Origin: Lytechinus pictus
Lineage: Eukaryota
Length of the DNA stretch: 64,000 nt
Assembly (NCBI RefSeq): GCF_037042905.1
Contig: NC_087245.1
Location: 19,532,001-19,596,000, forward strand
Direction of reading: 5' to 3'
Below are positions 25,326 through 39,788 of the stretch, piece after piece. Each line of letters opens with the position of its first letter. Position 1 is the stretch's first letter. Position numbers and translations under genes: made by a program. The notes under the pieces were generated by a model, which did no database searches, was not told the DNA's origin, and saw nothing but the letters and a program-made list of their open reading frames with translations.

Positions 25326-25747
25326 AATAAGTGTACAAAATATCAGAATATGGTTTCAAATATATATGAATATCACTTATTTGTCTGGAAGGTATAATAT
25401 CACAACTAAATCAAGAGGACTAATATTTATTCTTCAGCTGCTTAATGGATGAGTCACATTCCATAAACAATATAAAGGGCATATGTATTTAATGACTTTA
25501 TCACATGCTTAAAATTAGAAAAATAGAAAGGGATACAAATATTTTATTTTGTAATTGTACAAGGATCTAACATATCAATCAAGATATAACAAATAAAAAT
25601 CTCCAACACGAAGAGCAGTGACTGATCAAACAAAACCCTCTAGAATCTAGCTGTGTTTTACCAGACCATGTTCATTTCCTACCCCTCAAAACAGGGCTGC
25701 TATGATAGAAATAATCTCAAACTCTATGTTTTATTTGCACTACTCAC

Positions 25748-25918
25748 GAGGGGTTCCGACGACTTCACAGGCGAGTTCCACAGGGCTGCCATCTGGTACT
25801 ATGCAGTCTGTGAGCACACTCCTGAACTCAGGCAGAGTGGCAAATCCAATTGGCTGTACCTCAGGGTGGTGATGGGGTACCTCTGGGTAGTGAGGCTCAA
25901 AGTCATCTGGTTTGTCCC
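25748..25918 (-). CDS. TTN: Exon, linker and first half of Ig12
   Basis: gattag|GG GAC...CCT C|gtgagt; PEFRSVLTDCIVPDGSPVELACEVVGTP. Confidence 0.88.
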
Positions 25919-26356
25919 CTAATCAAGGCAGCAAAGAAAGTAAATGGATTTAGGAATTGGAAAGTTCTAAATAAGAGTTGGCAACTCTGTACTTCTGAAA
26001 GATCAGGGTGTTGTTTCATTTTAAATACTTGTTATAATAAATACACAAGTTTTTTATCAGCCAATCACATTAAATGATTTCAATAGCTCTACACTGTTAT
26101 TGCAAATTTGTTATATAGCAAGTTTTATGAAACAGGCCCAAGGACACCATTTCATGCAACTTGTTAACACTGACAAGTTTTTCAGTTTCAGACAGATACC
26201 ATAGTGACAGTTAACAGATCAGTGCATCACAGCTTAAACAAATCAAAGGAGATCGTCAATATTGTCAGAGCTGACAAGACTGTCCATGCTGATTCCTTTG
26301 ATGAAATAGTGCCCCAAAGGCCAGATGGATCATGATGGAAGTGAGGAGAAAACTAC

Positions 26357-26522
26357 CTTTGATCTGGATCCTGAAGCAGTTTGTCTTCTTGCCGCTGGGG
26401 CCGACAATCTCAATGGTGTAGTTTCCTGCATCCTCTGGTAGACATTCCAAGATGAGCAGGGTGTGGATATCCTCATCCTGAAGGATCTTCATCCTGGGAA
26501 CACTCGTCAGGAGACGACCATC
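26357..26522 (-). CDS. TTN: Exon, second half of Ig11
   Basis: tgatag|GAT GGT...AAA G|gtagtt; PEDAGNYTIE. Confidence 0.88.
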
Positions 26523-26990
26523 CTATCATCAAAGATATGTTTGTTTGTATTTTTTATATTACCACATTGCTACGAAAACACAAATGGTTCTTGAAGAGAG
26601 GACCAAGGATGTCACTTAGCAACAATGTTCATATAAGTATAAGTAGATCATATAAAAAGGCCCCTTATGTCATAAAACGTGTGTTTCATTATAACAAAAA
26701 ATTATGTAAAGCAAGAATACCATTTAGGTACCTCAACAAAAGTCATGTTCATGACTTTCCGTACTCCCCATCCCACTGTTTTGTCTACTTCAAAATCGAA
26801 AAATTTGAAGTGGAAGATTTTTTAGAAGTATTCCTGCTAAAAAGTGCATCTTAACATGGCTCATAGTTTTGTTAAGGTGCATGTACCTGACCTGAAAAAA
26901 AATTCAGAGAAACATCTATTACAGAACCACACTACAGGTGGTATGCTGTAAGCATCTTGAGCAATTTTCTTATCCTTTCTTCCAACTGAC

Positions 26991-27190
26991 CTTTGACCAG
27001 ATGACCTTTGGAACAGGGTTCCCTCCAACACGACAGGACAGTCTGACCGGCTCTCCTGGTGCTCCAACCGTCATGGGAGGTGGAGCAGAGAGGAAGCATG
27101 GTGCAAGCTGCATCTGTTCCATTGGTTGTGCTGCTGCTGCTGCCTGTGCTGGCTGCATAGTCTGCGTTGGCTGCATTGGTTGTTGATATT
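26991..27190 (-). CDS. TTN: Exon, Gln/Ala linker and first half of Ig11
   Basis: ttgcag|AA TAT...TCA AAG|gtcagt; LSCRVGGNPVPKVIWSK. Confidence 0.88.
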
Positions 27191-29361
27191 CTGCAAGTGA
27201 AAATAGGGTAGCCACAAAAGTGTTAAATGCGAAACTATGGGAGGGACTAATAATAAAAAAAAAACAAGCGTGACTGTCATAGCTAACCAAAACATGAGAG
27301 GAGTTATCACTCATATGTGAGAAATAGCGCATCCTTTTTAGCACAGTGTAATGCAATTCATTTTAATGTGAACATAAAGATAATTCATGTAATATTCATG
27401 TACATTGATACTACTTGAAAGTTTTATATTGACAGTTGAGATAGTTCATTCGATTCTAAAACCTAAAGTTCCCACAGCTTATTCATAAAAGTATCAAGTA
27501 CAATCATCAGAATTAGTAGTTCAATAGCATTTTTCTACATTAACTTGCAACTAACTTATAAAGAAGAATGGCAAAAGTATTATTTAGTGTTATAATCATC
27601 CAGTTATATTTCCATGGCATTAGGTTTTAAGAACAAATGCTATCGAGTTCATCAACATTCTCTGTTGAAATATTAATATCAACCATTATTCCAAGGCTTT
27701 ATTATTCATAGAGAGAAAAAGGCTCAAAGAGAAATCAAGAAAGTTTGTGAAAGAAGTTTTTGAAATAAACAGCTGTAAGATGGTTTCATGTGTGATAAGG
27801 ACGACACCTTCTTTTTCGTTAGGCACTGTGAAGTGGATTTCATCATGAATGAATAGATATTGAATGCTTTCTGCATGACTACTGATGTAAATGTAAGGAC
27901 CCATGTCAGATGCAGTGAATTGATGAAAAATAATGTAAACATAGTTTTGCATTCATATTACTATGAATTTCTTATGCTTGATAACATATTAATACTCAAA
28001 CGAAAGGATTTTTGAAATGTATGGTTGATATTTGATGACACATGGCACAACTATGAGATGATAGTCATTTGATCATGTATATTAAAATTCAAAACTACTT
28101 GCCACTTAAAAGGAAGATTTACTTAACAAGAATTTCTGTTTCTTAAATTTCTCAAAGAAAAAGTAAAATCCGACAGTATAAAGTTTAAATAAAAAATAGG
28201 TTAATATAAAAATATACAGTTACATAGACACTTTATCCCAAATAAAAGTAGACAAAGAAGAACCCTTAAAATATACCACCAATGATGTGAGCATTACATG
28301 AAATTCAAATAAATTCCATAAAATAACTTTATCAGAAATGTTTAATTTAATTTCTGATTACAATGTAATATTTAAAAAAAAATCGGTTTGAGAAAATCAC
28401 TTTGAAATTGACATATATTTTGTTTAATTCTTTATTTTTCTGTAATTTTAATAATCAACTTTTTCCTTTCAAAGAAGCCAAATAATTTCTTTCCAATTAG
28501 TTTGCAAGGTCATATTTTGAAATCAAGAAAAAAATTATTTATAAATTGGCAAAAAATGAAAATATATGAAATGAAATCATGAACATGATTCGTAAAACAG
28601 TTATCGTAAAACAGTAAACAGAAATAATGACACGCTGATGGTATGACTGTACAATAATATGACAGACCAAAAGACTCAATTTCTGTCTCTCAAAAAAAAT
28701 AAAAACAATGGAAACTCCTTTCTGTCTGCTCTGACTTCTTTAGAAGATACAAATTAACAAAACATGCAAGCACAATTTGACAACACCCAATATTTTCAGC
28801 AAAAATGACAGCAAAATCAGCATTAAAATGCAAACATGTCTGAACACTGCCATATCAAATGCACAACAGCAAAAGTATGCCATAGCATCTCAATTCATCT
28901 TAGTAGGGTGTACTTTTTTTCTTTTTGAAGCCTACGCTATGAAGCATAGATAGTCTGTTGCATCTTTGAAACAGATTTTCTACTGCAAAGGTGTCCCTTT
29001 CTAGTATTTTATTTGAAAAAGAGCAGAATTATTAAATAAGACAAATTAATTTAGAATTTTCAAAAAGAAACACATCAGAGAGTATAGATAGCAAGACACA
29101 CACAGAACACAGAACTAAACATCAAAAAGAGAATCACAAATTTAAGAATACAATGTGTGGTTATTCTACATCATGGAGGAAAAAGACATGGTTATGGAAT
29201 GCAATATGTAAGCTAGATGTGAGTGTTCTGCAATATAGTTATGATCCAGCATTGTTGTCAAATGGCAGAGTTTGAGCTAAAGAGACTTGGAGAGAAGATG
29301 AAGCAAGTGCGAATAGTTTTCAGAGGTTTTTAATGGTAGAGAAATGCATGTAGATTTGTAC

Positions 29362-32300
29362 CTTCCACTGTCAACATTGCTGTAGAAGCAGCAACACCAA
29401 GATCATTCTTGACTTGGACTTCAATCATACTGTTGTCATCAGGAGTAGTGTTCGGCACCATCAAGGAACTGCAATCATCGCTCACCAGGATCCCATATTC
29501 ATCAGAATCCTCCAGTTCGTACCCATCTTGGTACCATGTCACTTCGAATGGTGCGATACCTGTGAAGTCTATGTGGAAGGTGATGGTCTCGCCTTGCTTA
29601 CACTTGATGTCTTGGAGACGCTGCTTGATGATTGGAGACCCGGTTGGATTCAAAGCCCTCATCTGCGTCATGGATATCCTTTTCGCTAACACCCTATTCT
29701 CGTTTACTCCCTCTACCTCCTCTTCTCCACCATCCTCAGTTGAACTCTCAGTCAGTTCTTTCCTTTGAGCCATGGTTTCAGTTTCAATCGCTGGCTTTAT
29801 GGGATCATATTGTGAGGACCGTGCCTTGGCAAAAATAACTGAATTCTTTCCAAAGGGTGACCCGACAAGTCTTGGAAAAGTCTCTTCTTCATCATCATCA
29901 AAGAAGCTTTTCCACTGAGGTTTCTGTTCTTCTTCATTGGGTTTGAAGTCTACGGTGATATCAAAACCAACTGCATCATCATCCTCAACAGAATGATCTA
30001 GCTGTGGCTGAGGCAATGTTTCGACTGGCAGAATACTTTCTTCCTTGACTTCTTCTTCAATACCTTCTCTTGGTGCAATTTTTAGAACAACTTCAAAACT
30101 GGGATCCTCTGAAGGACTTGCAACTGTTCTTTGTGGTATTTTTTCCTGATTGTCTTGATCCTGATGCAGCATCATCCTCGCCTTGGATACCTGTGTTTCC
30201 TCATCACTACTAGTTGATGAGGAGGATGAAAGAGATGATGAAGATGAAGATGTCCTCTGTAATTTCCGTTCCTCCTTGGTACCTTGGAGATTTGATTTCA
30301 ACTTCCTGGACATTAATTTGGTGTCTAGAGCCTCATGCTCATATTCCGATGATGAACTTGAGGGAGTCCTTTCTTTCTGATTTCCAGCTGAGAGCTGTGT
30401 GTTTATACTAATATCCAGTGGGGTATAGTGTTGGTTGTCTCTCCTTAATGGTGAAACTTTTGTAACATCTCCATCAGACGAGTGAGGAGATGAAGAACTC
30501 CTTGATGATGACAGATGATCAGCTGATGAATTGTCTTCTCTCACGTATGACGGTTCTTCTTTTGATTGCCGACTTTGAAACACAATGGCTGAAGAGTACG
30601 AATGTCGATCAGATTCTGGCTCTGATTCTCCTGAATCAGATGATGAGGAATGAGATGATGATGATGATGAAGTGGGAGAAGAGCGTTTGTCAGATGGATT
30701 CCGATGAAAGGGGTCTCTTGATATTGGCAATGACCTGTCAAATTTATCATCTTGAATGGGAGGTTTCTCAAGCATGACTTCTGCAATGTATGGCTCAACC
30801 TTATTTCCCTCTGCTCCTTTAGTAACAGGTTCTTCATTTGATTCTTCAGATTCTGATGAAAAACTAGATGATGAGTTAGAAGATTTCCTTTTTTCATGTT
30901 GTTGTATTTGTGTCAAGGTTCCGGGTTGTACTGGTAAAGCCCTGTCAAATTTATCATCTTGAATGGGAGGTTTCTCAAGCATGACTTCTGCAATGTATGG
31001 CTCAACCTTATCTCCCTCTGCTCCTTTAGTAACGGGTTCTTTATATGATTCTTCAGAATCTGATGAAAAACTAGATGATGAGTTAGAAGATTTCCTTTGT
31101 TTATGCTGTATTTGTGTCAAGGTTCCGGGTTGTACTGGTAAAGCCCTGTCAAATTTATCATCTTGAATGGGAGGTTTCTCAAGCATGACTTCTGCAATGT
31201 ATGGCTCAAACTTATCTCCCTCTGCTCCTTTAGTAACGGGTTCTTTATATGATTCTTCAGAATCTGATGAAAAACTAGATGATGAGTTAGAAGATTTCCT
31301 TTGTTTATGTTGTATTTGTGTCAAGGTTCCGGGTTGTACTGGTAAAGCCCTGTCAAATTGATCATCCTGAATTGGAGGTTTCTCCAGCATCACTTCAACG
31401 ATAAATGGCTCACTCTTGTTCCAATTCGGAACTTTGGTAGTTAGATCCTCTAGTTCTTCAGAATCTGATGAAGACCTAGAAGAGGATGAGGAAGAACATG
31501 AAGGTTCATCTCCACCGTGTTGCCCTTGTGCAAGGGAGCTACTTCCAAAAGGAAGTACTTTGTCAACTTTATCATCCTTGATTGGTGACTTCTCAAGCAT
31601 ATCTTCCACAGCAAATGGTTGCTCATTCTTTTTTCTGCCAGGTGCATAGTCTTTATGGATGGGCTGTACATTATCTTCTGAATCTGAGGAAGATGAAGAT
31701 GAAGTATGACTGGAGAGGTCTTTGAATGTGTCTGAGTCTTCTGATTTGCAAGACCTGCCTGATACCGGTAATGCTCTATCAAATGTATCAATTTCAATTG
31801 GCGGTTTCTCTAGCATGAGTTGAACGATGTATGGTTTACTACTCCCTACTTTGTCAGTTCCATCATCCAGAGTGATGGGCACTGAAAATGAAGATGCAAA
31901 GCGGTCACTGGTTTGAGAGTCATCAGCCTCTTGAGGAGGAATCCCTTTTAAGTTAGTAGAAAGATCTGAATTGACTGGTGTACTTCTTCCGTCTCCTTCT
32001 GAACCATCTTCATCATCGGAAGATGAAGCAGTTTTGATGTCACTGTCATTTTCAAAGATATCTCTTTGTTTCGGACGTGAAAATACAGCCTGCTCTCTGA
32101 ATGGTATGACCTCCTCACGTGAAATGGGGATCAGATAATCCCCATCATGTTGGCTGTAAAGATCTGGCTGATTCTGTTGTCTTGGTTGGATTTCCTCTTC
32201 AAGTGCTTCAATCTCAAGAGCTGGAAGGTAGTCCTCTGAGGACACCGGTGTTGATGTCTCAGAGTCACTATATATTCCTCCATTCTTTGTTTGTCTGTAA

Positions 32301-33042
32301 ACTGGTTGAAAGTACATAGCGCTCCTTGAGGATTTCTGTGGTTCTTCCTGAGCCTGCGTGATATCTGAAATGCTTGACGTGGGCATGGTGTAGTCATCAG
32401 TGGTACCATCTGAAGGCATGAGTTCCAGGCTGTCTGGGAAGGACAGTTCTTCGTAATCACCATCTGAGAGAACTTCTGCAGTGATATTTTCCTCAACAGA
32501 AAGCTTACTCTCTCGCCCACCGAGCTTCTGGTAGAGATAAGTAACACTGCTCTCCTCACTGTGGACAGATTCTGATGTGACACTTTCATCAACAGGAACC
32601 TTGTTGTCGGCGTCTGTGAGCATATCAAGATTCATAGGGGCACTTCTTTCAGGCGAAAGAACTTCAGCTTCTACTTGTTCATCTTCTGGAAGTTTTATGC
32701 CATCCAATCCCTTTCTCTCAACAACTACAGGTGTAATATCTTCATCGTTGGCAAGTGTTCTTTCTGCAAAAGAGGGATATCTCTTGGCACTATCATCCAA
32801 GTTCATGTCAGTTTTCTTAGATGGAGTGCTTCTAAGACTGTCCCTGAAGGGCAGTCTGTTTGTATTAGTCTCTTTTGCCATATCAAAAGAAGATGACTTT
32901 GGGACAGGTTTAAGCTTCACTGCAAGTGCAGGGCCAGCACTGACCCTCCTTGGGGTGCCTACTTGATTTCTGGAAAGGAGGAATGGGGCTGCATGCTGGG
33001 AACGTCGCCTGAATACTTCCTCTAATTCATTAGGTTTCTCAT
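29362..33042 (-). CDS. TTN: 3681-nt exon: Ser/acidic disordered region with 68-aa repeats, ending in Ig10
   Basis: aaacag|AT GAG...GAA G|gtacaa, phase 1-1, 1227 codons; overlaps ORF 29330..32920. Confidence 0.9.
30731..31400 (-). repeat. Coding tandem repeat, 204/207-bp unit (68-69 aa), about 3 near-identical copies with degenerate copies to about 31830
   Basis: EVMLEKPPIQDDKFDRALPVQPGTLTQIQHKQRKSSNSSSSFSSDSEE recurs with spacings of 207, 204 and 204 bp. Confidence 0.92.
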
Positions 33043-33423
33043 CTGTTTAAATCAATGGCATGCAATTCAATAATTTATTGATTAGTGTAATGAAATTATT
33101 CATTATTTTTTAAAATAGATTTTTAAATATTAATCAAATATGTTTCAGTAAAATTCAATGGAAAAACAAAATTAATCATGTTCTCTTATTTGGGGTACTG
33201 ACTATTAAATTCATGCAAAGTTATAGGTACATGTACATAATATGTGTTCAGTGCCTTGCACTGTAGATTGAAACATGCTGTTGCATTCATTGATTTAATC
33301 ACACATTGTTCATCAAAATCTTTAATATTTCTTCAATAAAAAATAAATGATTTTAGTGACCACTTTTGGGAGTATGTGAAGAGTATGAGGTCTTCAGAAA
33401 ATAAAAAGACAAGACAATCTTAC

Positions 33424-33489
33424 GTAGCTTTGCAGCTTGAGTCTTCTGCAATCCAGGAATCTTCGGCTTGGGCTGTGGAACTTTCTCTT
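33424..33489 (-). CDS. TTN: 66-nt linker exon
   Basis: gatcag|AA GAG...CTA C|gtaaga, phase 1-1; EKVPQPKPKIPGLQKTQAAKL. Confidence 0.75.
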
Positions 33490-33972
33490 CTGATCGATAC
33501 AAATATACAATACAAAACTTACTAGTTGGAACATACATGTACATAAATTTTTTTACCCCTACTGTCTGTATTCTTCTCCAAATATCAAATCTCCTCTCTC
33601 TGTCTCTCTCTCTTTCCAAATTATTAGTACCACCAGAAAATCCTAGCATTAAAAAATATAACTATGTAAGTGGAAACAAATCACACTTCACAGCAAAAAT
33701 ACATTGTACTTTGTTCCTTACAATACATACACAGTGCATGTCTCTAAAAACTCAAACCAAATTGTTAACTTCACTTTATGAATTCCACATAATTATTATG
33801 AAGTGAAATTTGTTTGTTAAACTCAAAAAAAGTTTTAAGCAATCCCCTAACAGTCAAACAAAATGAATTGACAGAAAGTATTAAATATCCATTCTCACTT
33901 TTTAAATTTTCCAGAAAAACAATCACTAAAGTCTCTAAATTGGTAACAGGCAAAAGATGTTTAACTAACTAC

Positions 33973-34159
33973 CTTTCGGTGTTGGTTTCAGTAATGGGGG
34001 TGGGACATCCTTCGGTTTGACTTCTAGTTTTGTCTTGAACTCCACCATACCCAATTTGTTGCGAGCGACTAATCGGACGACTCCGGAGTCGCCAACACGG
34101 GCTTTGGTGATCTCCATGTAGTGTATGCCGTCAAACCAAGATCTCATACGAGCCCCTTG
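33973..34159 (-). CDS. TTN: Exon, second half of Ig9
   Basis: ttacag|CAA GGG...AAA G|gtagtt; SWFDGIHYMEITKARVGDSG. Confidence 0.88.
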
Positions 34160-34695
34160 CTGTAAGTGTAAAACAAAATATTTGTTAAGGTTAGATTAAA
34201 CTCAGTCCAAATCAACTGGTTTGTATTGTTCCACAAAGCACATAGAGATGCTATTATCATTATGTTTTATTCTGTTATGAACACTTTTTTTTTAATCCAC
34301 TTCCATTGTTTAACTGTTTATTTTATTGTGATATCATTCTTCTGTTTCATATTGCATTTTACCTTATTCATGCAGGGTTCTTTTTAGAAAGTAATAATAT
34401 ACCATGGGGACTTTCATGATAAAGGTAGCAGAATAAATGAACATATTAAAATGAATGAGTGAATAAATGAACAAAGAAATAAATAATGAATTAAATAAAT
34501 ATTAATCATATCATCAACGTCGCCATCGTCGTCATCATCGTCATGACAGTCAACATCATCGTTGTGTCTTCATCATGATGAATAACATTATCAGGCTCCT
34601 TCTTCAACATCAAAATCAGCATCCTTATCAATTACACCTTCTTCTACATAGACATGTCCTCATAACCAGTTCTGATCTCAATGTCAAAAACCTAC

Positions 34696-34873
34696 CCCTA
34701 TGATCTGCAGATCCTCTCTAAACCATGATACTCTTGGTGCTGGTACTCCTGAGATACGGCATGAGAAACGTGCATTCTCGCCTTCCAGAATGCTCACTGG
34801 CTCCGGAACCGTCACTAATTCTGGGCGACAGAACTCTTCTGATGGGAATTTACTATCATCTGGAAAGTCTCCC
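34696..34873 (-). CDS. TTN: Exon, first half of Ig9
   Basis: gtgtag|G GGA...GGG|gtaggt; PEPVSILEGENARFSCRISGVPAPRVSW. Confidence 0.88.
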
Positions 34874-35404
34874 CTACACGATAAATTATAATGTAAGATG
34901 AAATGTAATTAGTAAGTTGTACTCTTTGATATCAGTTGTACATACTGTATAGTTAACCAATACACCTAGCATCAAGTAAACCAAAGAAGTCCATACCATG
35001 CATTGGTACATGGAGGCTGGGAAATATTTTAAAAAAGAATGACATTTAATCTATGAAAATGTGCATAGAGTTCTTAACATAGAAATACATGACGTAGAAC
35101 AGCACATGAACAAATGCTGTTTTCAGATGGTGTTAATTGAGGAATTAATTTGAAACTTTCTATAAAGCAATTCATTTTGTACACAAGAACAGGCAAACCA
35201 TATCTTTATCGTATCATGAAAGGCTTAAAATGTCAAGCTGAACTTTAAAAAACTTATCATTGACCACCAAAATATTTTGAGAGCTCTCCATAATATAGGA
35301 CACCATCGACTGGCTCTAAGATATCCAGTAACTGCATAGACTTTGTACTGGGAACACCCGATTTCAGTAACCTAAAATGTACATGAAAATTGTGAGGAAC
35401 TTAC

Positions 35405-35492
35405 GCTGAGAGGTATTCATCAAACTTGATAGTTTTCTCAATCCCTCTCATTTCTTCAGGTAGTTGAGTGTCCAGAATAAGTGACTGCTCAG
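35405..35492 (-). CDS. TTN: Exon, kettin/titin-type inter-Ig linker
   Basis: ttacag|CT GAG...TCA GC|gtaagt; EQSLILDTQLPEEMRGIEK. Confidence 0.88.
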
Positions 35493-35628
35493 CTGTAAAT
35501 GTAATAAACAGAAAGTGAGATAATGAAGAGATTTTAGATAGTAAGACAGCCTAACAAAACTAATGCAGTTAACAAAAAGATTTGCTCTTTGCACCCTCTA
35601 TATTTGAAATAATCCTGAATCACACCTG

Positions 35629-35906
35629 GGGCCCGTCTCACAAAGTGTTGCGATTGATCCGATCAATCGCAACTATGGAAAGCCAGCAAAGTCAACATAT
35701 ACAGTGCACATTTGCTCAAAAAAATGTCTAGATATGAATGTACAGTGTATATCCATAAATTCATTGATTTCTTGACAGTTTGGTGTGTTCTCCTTTATTT
35801 ACAAAGGACATTTTGCACATTTCCTGCATAAAAAATTATGACACTGATGAATTTCCATAGAGTTATGATTGATTGGATCAATTGTAACTCTTTGTAAGAC
35901 GGGGCC
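35629..35906. mobile_element. MITE with CTG TSD (PIF/Harbinger-like)
   Basis: About 54-bp imperfect TIRs gggcccgtctcacaaagtgttgcgattgatcc... / ...ggatcaattgtaactctttgtaagacggggcc, flanked by CTG at 35626-28 and 35907-09. Confidence 0.75.
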
Positions 35907-36099
35907 CTGGTCTCTCTAAACAAGAGGGAACAAGACAGAATGTTGCTTCATGGGGAAACCACAACGATGCACTGTGCATCCTTGGGTACTGTAACATTAC
36001 ACACATTTGCATGAGCTTGCATATACACTTCTTCTTTCAAGCCCATGTTCTTGGAGTCTGTCTAGAAAGGAGAGTTCTCCATTTGCTTCCTGAACTTAC

Positions 36100-36243
36100 C
36101 CTCGCAAGTCAGCTTTCCGGTTGTCTCAGTCTGACCATACTTGTTGGTTGCTCTGCACGTTATTGTACCAGCATCCTCAGGGTAGACTCCTTTGATGTCT
36201 AAGCTGCAGATTCCAAACTCGTATTTGGTTTGCACTCTTGATC
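36100..36243 (-). CDS. TTN: Exon, second half of Ig8
   Basis: acccag|GA TCA...GAG G|gtaagt; YEFGICSLDIKGVYPEDAGTITCRATNKYG. Confidence 0.92.
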
Positions 36244-36799
36244 CTGGGTTAATCATAACACAAGATCAAATTAACAACATAGGTTGGAGTAATGTTTCAT
36301 TCTATTATCATTATTATCAGTATCAATTACTATTATCATCATAATCATTATCATCATTATCATTATTATTATTATGATTATTGTATGATTTATGGCATAA
36401 CATATTGGATGGGGAAGAAAATAAAAACTCATGAAGAATAGACAATCCAAGAATGAATTGTATCTGAGTTATAAATAAGGTGCATAAACTATTCATGTAT
36501 TTCAGACACCAATGGTTTGTTCATACAATATTAAAACTACATGTAACAATTTGACCCATTTTTAATTTATTACAAAGGGTATCATCTTATTAATATAATG
36601 AATAAATGAGTATGAAAAACATAAGCTAAAAGATGAACACAACTCTGACTGTACATTTCAAGGAGTTTTATCATAAAATGTAATTCTATATCTTAGATCT
36701 GTAACATAACCTAAAAGTAAAAAAAAAAAAAGGAAGACATGAACACAAATTTAGAAAAAAAAAAAGGTTAAAACAATCATAATTTTTTATTGAACTCAC

Positions 36800-37035
36800 C
36801 GATGAAGAGTGGGGTATTGTTCTTGAACCACTCTATCCTCATGGTAGGATCTCCGGCAGGCTGGAGGCGGCAGGCAAAGTGTGCACTGGAACCCTCCTTC
36901 TTCTTCATGTTGTCATTGAGTGGGACGACAAACTCCGGCTTGATGCTTGATTTCTTGTCAGTTTCTGGTGTGCCATCGTACTGTGTTACATAGCTTGGGA
37001 TTTCTTCCTGTTCTGGGGCTGGGGGAGGTTTTTTG
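36800..37035 (-). CDS. TTN: Exon, linker and first half of Ig8
   Basis: ttacag|C AAA...ATC G|gtgagt; AHFACRLQPAGDPTMRIEWFKN (kettin/titin-type Ig). Confidence 0.9.
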
Positions 37036-39788
37036 CTGTAAAAGTGGAGAAAATTTTAGTTGTACGTCAAATGAAAATCATTCTCTTTTGTATTTCATGC
37101 ACGAATGGTATAATGTATAAAATATTCAAATGTGTCAACATGGTAATTGTGCAAATCTTGAAAGAAGGGCACTTGAGTAGATTTTCTGACTTCCTCCAAA
37201 TTCATATAAATTTATGGACAAAGTTATAGACACAGCCTATGTTATCTGAAAAAGAAATCCCAAATACGTTTTTTTTTTCCAGCACTTTAGAAATTAATGA
37301 ATGCCATAGTTCTCATGAAACATTTTTTTACTTCTTTATCCAAAAATAAAAATTGGGAAATCATTTCTTCATAACCCCCAAATTATTTTGCACTTTAAAA
37401 TTAGAACATTAATATTTGCATTACAATAATACCAAAATTAATAGGTGTGGGATTGAAAGAGAAACATATTGTTAAGTAGTAGATATGGCTTCTTTATACA
37501 AAGAAGTTAACTATTGTTGAGAAGGTGCTGGATCCCTTACCATAAAGACCTGTTATCACTAACATGGTTGTTACCATTGGATAACAAATTTACTTCTATA
37601 ATAATGTTTATGCAATTGGACAGGGAAGCAAAAGATTTACCATCAATTGAGAACATGTAGTTTTTGTGCATCACTTCAAAATGTTTGTATAACCGTTCAT
37701 TAATATGTGATAAAGTGGGGTGCTTCAAAGAGGAAAGGGAACATTGCATTTATATATGCCTGAATTCTTTATAAATTGTAAGTACTTAGATTGTAATGAA
37801 GAAAACCGATAACAAAAGTCATCTTTGTATGATCATCAATAAAGCATAAAACAATGCAAGATTTAATAAAGATTCTTGGGAACATGAGCTCCAGGAGTCA
37901 AGCAGTAATAAAATGATTACTATTTTTTTTTTTTCATAATTAATTCTTTTGCTTTGATTAGGCTGAATAAATTTCTTCCTTTAAACAAAAATTCAAATCC
38001 TGAATTCCTGATCATTAGTATTCTGTTTATCAATCGGAAGGAAGTATACCCATTGATAATCATACACAGAATCTCTTGTAGACTCAAATACATTTTCTCC
38101 ACATAGACAGAGGGTGGACTGCAATCTTAAGTGGCTAATGACATGGCATAAGACACCAAACACATTGGTCAATATTAGAACATAAACCCACAGCATAGTA
38201 CTTTGGACAATTTTAACATTTACTTTACTTATCTTGAAATTACCGGTACTACAATATATGTGTCATTTCAAGTTAAATCCAAAGTATCACATGAGTGACT
38301 CCTGTATAAAAAACAGTCACTATTTTCAATTTGCAATATATATCATTTAAACACAATTTAAGAGGTTAAAGATATTTCAAAAATGCTTTCTATTCAAAAG
38401 TATGGTCTAAAAGAAATTTACCATACTGAGCACCCAACTTGAAATGATTGCTATGAAAAAGAAGTGGGAATCTGTGCTTGTGTATTGGGTACTGTGCGAT
38501 CAAATACGACAGAGTTTATACGTTGAATTATCTACAGAGAAATTTTAAAGGGTTGGAACACAACATTCGAATAGATCAACTGCTATAAATATACATTAAA
38601 AGTTTAGAATGGAGGGGGCATTGGTGCTTGTGTTTAATACACTCTTTACAAGCTTTACCCTTGATTGAGCATATATTCCAGCCTGCTGTTTGTTAATGAA
38701 TAATAAATATAAAGCTGTCAATTAAGATTTAATTCAAAGATAACATGAAGTAACTACAGTTACTGTTAAACTAAATTTGCCATTCAATGGTCAATCTCTG
38801 AAATCACTGATTTTTGTATTAGCTGACCAGAACTATTATGCAACGTGCCCTGTAAACACAGAGCAAGGATCACTCTAACAACAAATAGTATATATATGGC
38901 AAATAAAAGTCTTAGCCATTTTTTTCACTTCAAATCAACCTGCAATTACATGATTATAAAGGACACTACTGATTATTACACACAATATTTTGTTTCATAC
39001 TTCAAAATCGCCTTTAAAAAAAATATATATATACATCAAATTGATTATACATGTATCTATCTCCTTCGAAATTCTTCCAAAAGCCAAGAAAATATTCTGC
39101 CGATTGTATCAAACATTACAGCGGCATTGATTTTCAAACCATTATCTCTATCTACCACACACATATCTGCAAACAGGTTTATATTGACCTGCAAATCAAA
39201 ATATTCAAATCTAATTAATTCTACAATCTATGCGACACTGTTTACCTGTAATAGATAGCATATTCCTCCCTGTATTCACACAAACATGCACAACATTCAA
39301 AAGAGAATTGTTTTATTTAATGGACAGAAAAATGCACTACTGCTTGCATCTAAATCCAATCCTGTCATAAGCCATCTAATTTAATTCTCTAAAAGTCAGA
39401 AGCAACCAATTATAGATTTAACTGGAAATGATAGCTTACATACCAATCTGTCACTTCTTGCAATTCCAACACAATTCCCAAAACATGACTTAATGAAATG
39501 TAGTACATAAATATAGCTCACAAAATAATTGTCTATGCCCCTGCAGTTTGAACTAAAAAAAATTGCGCCTCCCATTCTTACCATTACAATGGATTACATC
39601 AAAAGAAAAACACTAACTTTCCAAATTAAACTTTCAATGTTATGTAGTCCGGCTGGATTGGTCAGCCATTGATATTAATCAAATCAACAAGATTAAATCC
39701 TCCCCTCCAACAAATTCAACAAATTCATCTATTCCTAGATGGGATAGTAAATTTACTTTATTATTCAAAATAAATTCCATATTCTTAC

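Noticed and set aside
26004..26140. Degenerate inverted ends agggtgttgtttcat / atgaaacaggccca
   Set aside because: Probably an old MITE, but the TIRs and TSD are too decayed to call boundaries.
29409..32966. Plus-strand ORFs overlapping the 3.7-kb exon
   Set aside because: These are antisense shadows of Ser/Asp/Glu-rich coding sequence with no independent gene signals.
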